Origin: a candidate division FCPU426 bacterium
Lineage (GTDB): Bacteria; Oederibacteriota; PGYV01; Palsa-1178
Assembly (NCBI GenBank): GCA_963840035.1
Contig: CAWIXE010000002.1
Span: 1,056,001-1,120,000 of the forward strand
DNA length: 64,000 nucleotides
Direction: 5' to 3'
This document shows positions 1 to 8,525 of the stretch, in pieces. Within the stretch, counting starts at the first letter, position 1, and each line of letters opens with the position of its first letter. Position numbers and translations under genes: made by a program. The notes beneath the pieces were generated by a model. It made no database searches. It was given only the letters and a program-made list of their open reading frames with translations, and was not told the origin of the DNA.

Positions 1-378
1 TAAGGCTTCCCTGTTTTCCGGGTCCTGAAGCTGTATGGATGTCTTTGACCCGAGGGTTGATATTACTATGTCCTTTATCTGCGGCATCCTCTTATCAACT
101 TCCTCAGCTAACTTTAAGCTGGAACCGAAATCAAGCTCCATAACCACGTTTGAACGGAGGTAATGGCTCTCTGTCGGATCAGCGAGGTTTACAATGAATT
201 CACCAAGCGTTGTTATCGGGCCCAGTTCGGGTTTTTCCACAATGACTTTCTTTGTCGCCGGCGTTGTCTTGGACATAATCGCAAAAAACGTAACGACCGC
301 GGTACTTAAACTTATCACAAGCACTATGACGGTCAAAATAATTAGAACCTGAATCCCTTTCTTGTCGTCTCCAGCCAT
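1..378 (-). CDS. fliL: Flagellar basal body-associated protein FliL (3' end runs off the window)
   Basis: Manual translation from ATG 378 (GGAGG upstream): N-terminal TM then GEFIVNLADP...YLR...RMPQIKDIVI; directly after motB. Confidence 0.85.
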   Translation of the reverse strand, partial: MAGDDKKGIQVLIILTVIVLVISLSTAVVTFFAIMSKTTPATKKVIVEKPELGPITTLGEFIVNLADPTESHYLRSNVVMELDFGSSLKLAEEVDKRMPQIKDIVISTLGSKTSIQLQDPENREAL

Positions 379-411
379 ACTAATACCTCCTCGTCGGTAT
401 TGATTTTTTTA

Positions 412-1245
412 TTAATATGTTATAGTTTCAAGATTCTCTTTTTCCATCTGTTCCCTGTTCTTTACGTCTGAGGGCAGCGGTAGTTCCCTTGATTCCATAA
501 TTTTATCATCAATAAGGTCAGCTTTTAATACCACTATGTCTATCCTTCTGTTCTTTGCCCTTGTAATATCGTCAATATTGGGCACAAGCGGCTTAAACTC
601 CGCGTATCCCGCTGCCGAGCATCTGTCAGGTGAAACGCCTTTTCTTACCAGGTATTTCAGCACCGATACGGCTCTTGCGGCCGATAAATCCCAATTGTCG
701 CTGTACTTTGCCTTGATAGCCGTTTTAGTAATCGGCGTATCGTCCGTATGGCCTTCGACTATTATCGGGTTTGTATTTGCTTTAAGCAGCTCCGCAATGT
801 CGGTTAATACTTCTTTTGTCTGCGGAAGCAGCACTGATGAACCGCTGTTAAATAAAATCTTGTCGGTCATAAGGCTTATAATAAGTCCCCTTTCGTTAAA
901 ACGGACTTTTACATCCCTTTCAAGTTTCTTCTGAAGGATCCATTTCTGGACCCTCTGCTTTGTGTTTGTAAGCTGAACCTGTGAGTCAGGCATGGTTACC
1001 GGTATGGTATCAGTGGTAGCGCCTGAGCCTAAAACAGATACCTGGCCTGATAATCCGAATGCCTGTCCAAGCGCCATGGCAAGGGCGCGTACTTTTGTCT
1101 CATCCACGACTGACATGGAATAAAGGATAACGAACAACGCGAAGAGAAGGGTTAACATATCCGCGTATGTGAGAAGCCATCTCATCATACCTCCGGATTC
1201 CATCTCCATGCTGCCTTCGCCGCCGCCTTTCTTTCTTTTACCCAT
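412..1245 (-). CDS. motB: Flagellar stator protein MotB
   Basis: WLLTYADMLTLLFALFVILYS TM motif; OmpA-like domain EGHTDD...NWDLSAARA...NRRIDI. Confidence 0.95.
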   Translation of the reverse strand: MGKRKKGGGEGSMEMESGGMMRWLLTYADMLTLLFALFVILYSMSVVDETKVRALAMALGQAFGLSGQVSVLGSGATTDTIPVTMPDSQVQLTNTKQRVQKWILQKKLERDVKVRFNERGLIISLMTDKILFNSGSSVLLPQTKEVLTDIAELLKANTNPIIVEGHTDDTPITKTAIKAKYSDNWDLSAARAVSVLKYLVRKGVSPDRCSAAGYAEFKPLVPNIDDITRAKNRRIDIVVLKADLIDDKIMESRELPLPSDVKNREQMEKENLETITY

Positions 1246-2073
1246 TTATGCTGCTCCTCCGCCTGCGGCTCCGCCCTCGGCTTCAGCGCCCTCTGCCTTA
1301 ACTGCCTGCTCTTTAGGCGACAAGAACGCTTTGAGCTTTTCTTCAACGATCCTCGGATTGTCTCCGGCGGATATTGAAAGGATGCCTTCTATCATAACTT
1401 CGCGGATAAGAACTTCTTCCGCTGATTTTGCTTTTAATTTGAATGAGATTGGAAGGAAGATAAGGTTGGCGAACCCGATGCCGTAGAATGTCGCGATAAA
1501 GGCTACGGCGATGGCGCCCGCGACTTTGCTGGCATTTTCAAGCGATCCGAGGGCGTTAACCAGTCCCATAACGGTTCCTACGATTCCAAGGGTTGGAGCA
1601 AATCCGCCGAGCGTTCCGAATACTCCCTCGCCCAATTTATGCCTTGCTTCAAGGAAGGCGAGGTCTGTCTCAAGGATGGACCTTACGAGTTCTATGTCAG
1701 TGCCGTCAACAACAAGCTGAATTCCTTTTTTCAGGAAGTTATCATTAACCTGAGCGATTTCATCTTCAAGGCCGAGCAATCCTTCCCTTCTGGCCTTAGT
1801 GGCGAAACCTACGAGCGTCTGAATGACGTCTCCGGCTTTCATTTCCCTTTTCAAAAATGCCTGTTTTGCGATAACCGGGATGTTTATAATGACTTCCCAC
1901 GGGTAGCTTATAATCGTAGCACCCAATGTTCCTCCGATAACGATGAAAAACGCTGAAAGCTGGAAGAACATGACTACAACACCGATATTGCCTTCAGATT
2001 CCATCAACAGGGCTACGATAACCGAGCCCCAGCCTAACGCGAGACCAATGATTGTTGATATGTCAATTGCCAC
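1246..2073 (-). CDS. motA: Flagellar stator protein MotA
   Basis: ARREGLLGLE, APTLGIVGTVMGL, ATFYGI motifs; adjacent to motB. Confidence 0.95.
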   Translation of the reverse strand: MAIDISTIIGLALGWGSVIVALLMESEGNIGVVVMFFQLSAFFIVIGGTLGATIISYPWEVIINIPVIAKQAFLKREMKAGDVIQTLVGFATKARREGLLGLEDEIAQVNDNFLKKGIQLVVDGTDIELVRSILETDLAFLEARHKLGEGVFGTLGGFAPTLGIVGTVMGLVNALGSLENASKVAGAIAVAFIATFYGIGFANLIFLPISFKLKAKSAEEVLIREVMIEGILSISAGDNPRIVEEKLKAFLSPKEQAVKAEGAEAEGGAAGGGAA

Positions 2074-2102
2074 TTAATCCACCCCCTGGTTAAAGGTTTA
2101 GT

Positions 2103-2312
2103 TTAGTTTTCTTTTACTATTGGTAAATTTAATTCTTTTTTATAAAGAATTATCTTTTGAACTATCTCGTCAACAGACTCTTTTACGACCACTTTCTTGC
2201 CTGTAGTCATTGTAATGAGCGTTTCCGGTGTCTGCTCAAGCATTTCAATGAGTTCACCGTTTAAAACAACCTTTTTACCGTCAAGACGCGATACAAATAT
2301 CAATTTTTCCAA
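2103..2312 (-). CDS. flbD: Flagellar FlbD family protein
   Basis: SRLDG...LNGELIE..E.TPET.ITMTTGKK.VVKES pattern; lies between flgE and motA. Confidence 0.85.
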   Translation of the reverse strand: MEKLIFVSRLDGKKVVLNGELIEMLEQTPETLITMTTGKKVVVKESVDEIVQKIILYKKELNLPIVKEN

Positions 2313-2335
2313 CTCTCCTAATAAAATGTAAAGTT

Positions 2336-2364
2336 ATTTTACAATTTTTGCCCTTTATTGTCAA
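2336..2364 (-). promoter_or_regulatory. Sigma-70-type promoter for flbD-motAB-fliL
   Basis: TTGACA-17 bp-TAAAAT on minus strand. Confidence 0.7.
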
Positions 2365-2567
2365 TAATAAAATACTTTTATTTGCCGTTTCATGATTTAG
2401 ATACCTGTTTTAAAACAGTGTTTTAAAGCCAAAAAACCGCACTTTTACACTTTTTTAAAAAAACACACCTCGAAATTCATAATACCGCTTTATTTATTCC
2501 TGTTTTTTTGATTTTGAGTGTTATTTTTCTCGGATCTGCCGCATTAATAAAACATCATCAGAAACAA

Positions 2568-2647
2568 GTGTCCGCTACAGACAGTTTTTTCTTTATGGCC
2601 TGCGCTACTGCGCAATCCATAAAGAAAAAACTGTCTGTAGCGGACAC
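2568..2647. repeat. Perfect 31-bp inverted repeat (long hairpin)
   Basis: GTGTCCGCTACAGACAGTTTTTTCTTTATGG (2568-2598) and its exact reverse complement (2617-2647). Confidence 0.9.
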
Positions 2648-2722
2648 AACCACACACTCACAAATAATTTTCGATCGTTCTTTTCTTCACGCTTGCGCGC
2701 AATGCCGCAGTATATAGAAATG

Positions 2723-2754
2723 GAAAAGGCCGGAGATTTCTCTCCGGCCTTTTC
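2723..2754 (-). terminator. Intrinsic terminator after flgE
   Basis: GAAAAGGCCGGAGA-TTTC-TCTCCGGCCTTTTC hairpin just past the flgE stop. Confidence 0.8.
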
Positions 2755-2778
2755 TCTATACTGCGCTGCTAAACTCTA

Positions 2779-4677
2779 TTACCTTCCGAGGTTAACAAGC
2801 GTGTCTAACATGTTTGACGAAGTCGTGATGACCCTCGCGTTTGACTCGAAGCCCCTCTGAGCTATGATCATGTTCGTAAGCTCGACTGAGAGGTCAACGT
2901 TTGATGCTTCAAGCGCTCCGCCGATGGTGGATCCTGAGCCCGCTTCTCCGCTGGCTACTACCCTGGCTATGCCTGAATTCGAAGTTGTGCTGTACATATT
3001 GCCGCCCGATTTTGAAAGACCCTGAGCGTTCATGAAAGTAGCTATCGCGAGTTTTGCGATAGTGATTGACCTTTCATTCGAGAACTGTCCGACTATACCA
3101 CCGGAATTATCAACTGAAAGGCTGAGCAGGTCTCCCGCCCTCCATCCGTCAACTTCCTTCGTGTAAGGTGTGTTGTTCGGGATGTATGTCGATACGCCGC
3201 CGACTATCTGGTAAGAACCTGTAACATCGCCTGTCAATCCGTCCCTTAATCCCGGCTGAGCCTGGTCTATGGGGGTGTTGGTAGCGTTATTAACGCGTAC
3301 TGTTCCGTCTGCCTGCGCGCTGGTATTCCAGGAATTCGGCGTTCCGAAATCAAGCTGGAAAGCAAGGTCAAGGGCGCCGTCCGGCATAATGCCCTGCGCT
3401 GAGCTTGCCTGTGTAAATGTTATCATTGGTCCGTAAATTGTTTCTCCATTGATGGTGGTAGCGAGGTTCTGCCTTCCGCCTAATGAAGCTGCCGCTCCGG
3501 GCGCTGCCCAGCTTCCGCCGTTTGACGCGAGCGATCCGTCATCGTTAAACCAGATTGCTGAGTTTGTGTCCATGGCTGTACCTGCTGCGGCTGTAGCAGC
3601 TGTTGTGATGTTTGTTCCGCCGACGCAGTTATAGAAATCCGGCTCGCCTGTCAAGAACGGGTCAACACCGCCGCTGTTAGTGGTATCAAATGCGTACCAA
3701 TCCCATACCGGCCTTGCTGTACCTGCTGCGGCCACGCCGTGCTGGAAGAACCATATTGTAAGCGACCTTGGGTTGCCGAGCGAGTCATAAACAGTAAATG
3801 TGGATGTCGCGTCCGGTGTTATCTTTGCCGAATTCACATCTGCCGGGTTTGTGTGGAAGAAAGCAATGGTGGCTGCCGGCCAGTTTGTTGCCGGTGGGAC
3901 AGGAGCTGCGACATATGTAGTACGCTGCTGAATTGAACCTGCGCCGCCTGCGAGCGGAACCTGTGCTCCCGCCGTATAAGCGTCCGGTGAATAATTGGCC
4001 GGAAGCGGTGTGCCTGTGCCGGCGGCTGCTGCTGCTACTGAAGCATAGTTGTTCTTTGTCGTGTTGGAGTCAAGGTTTCCTCCGATTTTTACGAACCTTG
4101 TAGCCTGTGCCGACATCGTGAGGTCTTTCGGTATGGTGAGGTTTCCTACCTGTGAAACGTCGTCAGTGTTTAAAACATAGTTTGCGGCGTCTATCTGGAA
4201 TGCGGGGTTGTAGCCGGCAGTTGTCGCGAATGTCCTTTCAATTCCGCCGCTCCAGCCCTGAACGATGCCTCCGTTTGAAGCTACGAGGTTTCCCGCGTTG
4301 TCCTGAAGGAAGTTTCCGGCCCTTGTGTATGTGGTCTTTGAGCCTGATTTTGCCATAAAGAAGCCTTCGCCTGTGATTGCTACGTCAAGCGGATTTCCTG
4401 TCGTCTGAATGGCGCCCTGTGTCATGATGGTATCGATTGAGCCGAGTGCCGAACCTAACCCCATCTGCTGAGGATTGATACCGCCGAGATTCGCGGAAGT
4501 ATTCGCGCCTGACGCCGCTCCAAGTGACTGTGTGATCTGTTCCTTGAAGGTGATCCTCTGCATCTTGTACGCTACCGTGTTGACGTTGGAGATGTTGTTT
4601 CCTACAACATTCATCCATGTTGAGTGGTTCTTTAATCCTGAGATTGCCGAGAACATTGATCCGATCATAATCTTCAC
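2779..4677 (-). CDS. flgE: Flagellar hook protein FlgE
   Basis: AISGL...GNNISNVNT N-terminus, TGNPLDVAI.GEGFF, YTRAGNF, C-terminal LEASNVDLSVELTNMIIAQRGF. Confidence 0.95.
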   Translation of the reverse strand: MKIMIGSMFSAISGLKNHSTWMNVVGNNISNVNTVAYKMQRITFKEQITQSLGAASGANTSANLGGINPQQMGLGSALGSIDTIMTQGAIQTTGNPLDVAITGEGFFMAKSGSKTTYTRAGNFLQDNAGNLVASNGGIVQGWSGGIERTFATTAGYNPAFQIDAANYVLNTDDVSQVGNLTIPKDLTMSAQATRFVKIGGNLDSNTTKNNYASVAAAAAGTGTPLPANYSPDAYTAGAQVPLAGGAGSIQQRTTYVAAPVPPATNWPAATIAFFHTNPADVNSAKITPDATSTFTVYDSLGNPRSLTIWFFQHGVAAAGTARPVWDWYAFDTTNSGGVDPFLTGEPDFYNCVGGTNITTAATAAAGTAMDTNSAIWFNDDGSLASNGGSWAAPGAAASLGGRQNLATTINGETIYGPMITFTQASSAQGIMPDGALDLAFQLDFGTPNSWNTSAQADGTVRVNNATNTPIDQAQPGLRDGLTGDVTGSYQIVGGVSTYIPNNTPYTKEVDGWRAGDLLSLSVDNSGGIVGQFSNERSITIAKLAIATFMNAQGLSKSGGNMYSTTSNSGIARVVASGEAGSGSTIGGALEASNVDLSVELTNMIIAQRGFESNARVITTSSNMLDTLVNLGR

Positions 4678-4694
4678 TCTCCTTTTAAATTTTA

Positions 4695-4768
4695 GGCTCC
4701 GTATTCAACGGGCCCTTTTTAAGGAGGCTCCTTCTCGCCTTCTTTGCAAGGCAAAGAAGTCCAGCCTC
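4695..4768 (-). promoter_or_regulatory. Structured flgE leader (candidate cis-regulatory RNA)
   Basis: GAGGC-TGGAC-[hairpin]-GGA-GCCTC stem followed by GGCCCGT-TGAAT-ACGGAGCC hairpin; similar elements precede fliK. Confidence 0.45.
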
Positions 4769-4780
4769 ATTTTACTTAGC

Positions 4781-5182
4781 TTACGCGAACACCGCGCTGT
4801 CAATATTCGTGAAAACATTTTCCTTCATGCCGCTTTTGTCAACGGCCGTAATCACGGTATTGTTCTTCACGCTAACGATAAGAGAAAAATTATCGAATAT
4901 CATGAGCGTTTCGTTGGCGCCTTTCTCTTTTGCCTTCGCTACCGCGCCTTTCAGCCTCTGCATGATGTCAGGCGTAAGCTCTATGTCCCTTGACGCCAGC
5001 CTTTTTTCCGCGTGGGCTGAAAACCTTATCTCGGTATCGTTTACCGCTACCTTGTCTTCGAGAACCTGCTTAAAAGATGGGGTACCCTGGGCAGGCGCCT
5101 GCGTGATATTTAACTGGCGCTTTTGTGCCTCTTGCAGCTGTGATAACTTTTGCAGCTGACTGTTATTTACATTATTAATCAT
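4781..5182 (-). CDS. Flagellar operon protein, TIGR02530 family
   Basis: RFSAHAEKRL..R, KA.EKG, TVITA.D, NVFTNIDSAV motifs; between flgD and flgE. Confidence 0.85.
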   Translation of the reverse strand: MINNVNNSQLQKLSQLQEAQKRQLNITQAPAQGTPSFKQVLEDKVAVNDTEIRFSAHAEKRLASRDIELTPDIMQRLKGAVAKAKEKGANETLMIFDNFSLIVSVKNNTVITAVDKSGMKENVFTNIDSAVFA

Positions 5183-5202
5183 TGGGTATTCTCCTCCTTC
5201 TT

Positions 5203-5685
5203 TTAAGCCTTAATCTCCTGCACGTCCGCGATGCCGTAAAGCACTCCGTTAACCTGTAGCTTTGGCTGTCCATCCACGAACTTTATTACTGTTACCTGCC
5301 CTGTTACATCCGGGCCTTTTGTCGTCGTGCCGTCCGCTGCCGTAATCGTCGGTGAAATTGTAACGTTCTTACCGATCAGTCCCGCTGCCTGGGTCGTATT
5401 CTGCATCATGATAAGCGCTATCAAGTTCTTGTTCAGCGAATCCATGGAAGACGACTGGCCGGCAAATGTCGTGTTAAGGCTCTGCATCTGCTCAAGCGAT
5501 GAAAACTGCGCCATGTCAGCAACAAACGACTCATCCGTTACCGGGTTTGTCGGGTCCTGATACTGGAGCTTCGTGATGAGCATCTTTAAAAAATCGCTCT
5601 TGCCGAGCTGTGATGTCGGATTATCCACCTGGCTCGTAAAATTCGCGTTCGTAAGTCCGGTATTTCCCACATTAGAAATTGCCAT
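5203..5685 (-). CDS. flgD: Flagellar hook capping protein FlgD
   Basis: LGKSDFLKMLITKLQYQDPTNP...MAQFSSLEQM. Confidence 0.93.
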   Translation of the reverse strand: MAISNVGNTGLTNANFTSQVDNPTSQLGKSDFLKMLITKLQYQDPTNPVTDESFVADMAQFSSLEQMQSLNTTFAGQSSSMDSLNKNLIALIMMQNTTQAAGLIGKNVTISPTITAADGTTTKGPDVTGQVTVIKFVDGQPKLQVNGVLYGIADVQEIKA

Positions 5686-5703
5686 TGTGCACCTCCTCTC
5701 TTT

Positions 5704-7923
5704 TTAAGCTAGGTAATTAAGGTAGCCGTCGGCGCTGATATAAGGATCATCGCCGATATTTATATCTGAAACCGGCGCCTGTAAAGCGGCGCCTTCCCAT
5801 TCTTTAAAGGGGTTCTTTGCCTGTCCGCCAAGGCCCTGATTCATGCCCTGGTTTGCTGTGGAAATCTCAAAACTGTCAAGTTTTAAGCCTATGCTGTTTA
5901 AAGCCGCTTTAAGCTCCGGAAGGTTAGCTTTTAAAGCGTCCTTTACGTCGTTATTTAAAACCTGTATGTTCGCTTTTAATTTATCATCCTTGTGCTCTAT
6001 GGTAATCATCACCGAACCAAGGTTCTCAGGTTTCAATATCATTTTAATCTCATTGACCCTGACTGCCTGGATTGTATTTTCTATATTGCTTACCACCTGC
6101 TTAAGTATGATCTGTTCCTTTATGTTCATGGCAAAATCAGTTACTTTATCAAAAATAAGCGCCTTAGCCAAAACATCGCCTTTAATATTTGCGGTGTCTT
6201 CTTTTATCGACGGGTTGATGACATTTTCAGTTACCCACTGTATGTCTTTTGACAGGCTCTTGTCAGCCGGACTGTAATTTTTATCGGGTGAAACAGTGAT
6301 GCGCTCGCCCGCGAATTTTACGGCTTCAGGCGCCACAGTGGACGCTGTTTCCCTTACATTGACTGACTGCACTGTTATTTTTGAATTGGAATCCGCGGTT
6401 TTTACATCCGGCGTATTTACGACAACCTGCGCCGCGCCTGTTTCCTTCTGTACTATCACCGTGGTCTCATCTGACTGTACCGGCGTTATCACAGGCGTAA
6501 CAACCGCCTGCGGCTTTACCTGGTTTACTGTTACTGCTGAAACCGGCTGATTGACAACAGGCGCGTTTTTAGCGTCGCCTGAAATTTTTTCCGGCTGGAA
6601 GCCCGCATACTGCGTTTTTTCGGATATTTCGATTTTTCCGTTCATTTCTTTTAAGAGTGTAAATATTTTATTAACAACAGCCGAGAACTCGTCACTAACC
6701 TGAGCCGCTCCTGCCGTGAAATTTTTTGCCTGTCCGTCATCCTGCGTGGCAGACCCGGAGCTGCTTATATTAATTGCGTTTATGATTGCGTTTTTTACAT
6801 CAGCTGACGCATCGCCAGGAAGGCCGTTTATGGCCGCGCCGGCTATCTGCATTTTTTCAACTGACATTATTATGTTATTCATGGAGGTCATTATCAGCTT
6901 TGCGGCCTGATCGAGCTGCTGTTGTGTAACCGGCACCATCGGATCGGCATCAGTTGCTGATTTGAGTTCGTTTATTGTGTTCTTAATCGCGTACATCTGT
7001 TCGTTCGCTTTTTTAGCCTCATCGCTGTTTTTCTCATTGCCGAATATTTCGCTGAAATGCTTCTGCATGATGTTATCAAGCACTCCCTGAAGCGTCGTAA
7101 CCAGCCTCTCGAGCTCATTTACAGCGGACTTAACATCAACCTTCGCGATATCATACTTCGCGCCAAGGGATTCAACGGTTGTTACTCCGTCGGCATCAGC
7201 TGGAATAAACGCGCTGCCTGTTGATACAGGCGCTGAAACAACCGGCGATACTATCTTTGAGACTGTTACCGTTCCAGCCGTTTCCAGAGGCTGTGTATTT
7301 GTGGTTTCGGGCATAACATTCAAAGCAGCAGATGTCTGAGCGTTGTTGGCCGGTACCGCATTATCCGTGGTTGTGTTTGAAATGACGGAAGGCAGGTTTG
7401 ATGCTGCCCCGGATAATGTCTGTGGCTGGATGGTTGTGGAAGAAGAAGCAACCTGGTTTGTTGAAAAACCTAATACGGCTATATTGGATGTGGTTGTATT
7501 ATTTAATGTGCCGTTTAGCGCGGCTTCACTGGCTGATATTTCAACGGCAGTGATCTTTAATCCTTTCAGGAAAAGCTGCCTTTCAGCCGGGTTTAAATTA
7601 TTTTCCTGCATTACATTCGCGACTGTCATGTCTTTTGATATGGCGTCAGTGTCCTGCGCCGCGATGGTCTTTACGCTTCCCATGAGGTAAAGTATTGAAG
7701 CTGCCTGATATAACGCGGCCTTAACTTTTTCATTGGATTCGGTATCGATGGACAGCTGTACTTTTTCATTATTTAATTCTGTGTTCATGAGGTTTGTTAT
7801 GAGTGTTTTGAAATTGGCGTTATCGGGGTTTGGCTGCGCGGCGTTATTTATCGTACTGCCGCCCAACAATGCGGATAGACTAATGGCTTGCGCTAAATTA
7901 GTCGATGCAGTTGAGTTGACCAC
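5704..7923 (-). CDS. fliK: Flagellar hook-length control protein FliK
   Basis: C-terminal LKPENLGSV...L..NLPELK.AL domain, low-complexity N-terminus; start reassigned to GTG 7923 (GGAGG at 7931-7935). Confidence 0.85.
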   Translation of the reverse strand: MVNSTASTNLAQAISLSALLGGSTINNAAQPNPDNANFKTLITNLMNTELNNEKVQLSIDTESNEKVKAALYQAASILYLMGSVKTIAAQDTDAISKDMTVANVMQENNLNPAERQLFLKGLKITAVEISASEAALNGTLNNTTTSNIAVLGFSTNQVASSSTTIQPQTLSGAASNLPSVISNTTTDNAVPANNAQTSAALNVMPETTNTQPLETAGTVTVSKIVSPVVSAPVSTGSAFIPADADGVTTVESLGAKYDIAKVDVKSAVNELERLVTTLQGVLDNIMQKHFSEIFGNEKNSDEAKKANEQMYAIKNTINELKSATDADPMVPVTQQQLDQAAKLIMTSMNNIIMSVEKMQIAGAAINGLPGDASADVKNAIINAINISSSGSATQDDGQAKNFTAGAAQVSDEFSAVVNKIFTLLKEMNGKIEISEKTQYAGFQPEKISGDAKNAPVVNQPVSAVTVNQVKPQAVVTPVITPVQSDETTVIVQKETGAAQVVVNTPDVKTADSNSKITVQSVNVRETASTVAPEAVKFAGERITVSPDKNYSPADKSLSKDIQWVTENVINPSIKEDTANIKGDVLAKALIFDKVTDFAMNIKEQIILKQVVSNIENTIQAVRVNEIKMILKPENLGSVMITIEHKDDKLKANIQVLNNDVKDALKANLPELKAALNSIGLKLDSFEISTANQGMNQGLGGQAKNPFKEWEGAALQAPVSDINIGDDPYISADGYLNYLA

Positions 7924-8029
7924 AACTATTCCTCCGAACTTCAGGCCCTCCTTGCGGTCCAGGCCTTTAGTTTTATAGCGGGTAATCGACCCGCTTAAAT
8001 CTAAAGAGTACATCTGCTACTTCACGGTA

Positions 8030-8058
8030 AGTATACAAAATCCCGCTTTATTTGTCAA
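8030..8058 (-). promoter_or_regulatory. Internal sigma-70-type promoter for fliK-flgD-flgE
   Basis: TTGACA-17 bp-TATACT. Confidence 0.7.
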
Positions 8059-8069
8059 GCACTTCTTTT

Positions 8070-8525
8070 TCAGTAACTTTTCTGCTCTTTCCTGTTGAAC
8101 TTGGACACGGCCGCCTCATCAAGGACCTTTTGCTCGTTATAGATAATCATCCTTTTGAACTCGTCGAACTGCCGCTCTTTTAGTTTCTCAAAGACCTTCT
8201 TTTCCCTGCTTGCTTCAACTACCTCTTCCCTCTTATCATCGGCCTTCTTTTCAAAATCTTTAATGTTTTTTTTAGTTAAATCTATCTGGTGCAATAATAC
8301 CCCTAAATACTGCTCATAATAGATGAGGCTCTGAATATCCACCCCATTTTCCTTGTTATGCGATTTTTCCCCTGAAATATATGACCTTTTTTCCTTTATT
8401 TCCTTTAGCAGCTGCTCCTGCTGGATTTTCAGGGCCTGGAGCCTCATTAATTCATGCTTAAGCTGTTCTTCCCGTTTTTCCTTTACATTTAAGACTGTTT
8501 CCAGCTTAAACCTGAACTTTTTCAT
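8070..8525 (-). CDS. fliJ: Flagellar export protein FliJ
   Basis: MKKFRFKLETVL start, coiled coil, EQK.LDE; overlaps the fliI stop. Confidence 0.9.
   Translation of the reverse strand: MKKFRFKLETVLNVKEKREEQLKHELMRLQALKIQQEQLLKEIKEKRSYISGEKSHNKENGVDIQSLIYYEQYLGVLLHQIDLTKKNIKDFEKKADDKREEVVEASREKKVFEKLKERQFDEFKRMIIYNEQKVLDEAAVSKFNRKEQKSY

Noticed and set aside
2779..4677. Spirochaete-type lysinoalanine cross-linking FlgE
   Set aside because: The catalytic Cys expected before NLD is Gly here (KIGGNLDS)
7924..8013. N-terminal extensions given by the ORF track for fliK (also 56649-56714 for the GH18 gene and 25957-26025)
   Set aside because: They overlap predicted promoters or leaders; better SD- or signal-peptide-supported starts lie downstream
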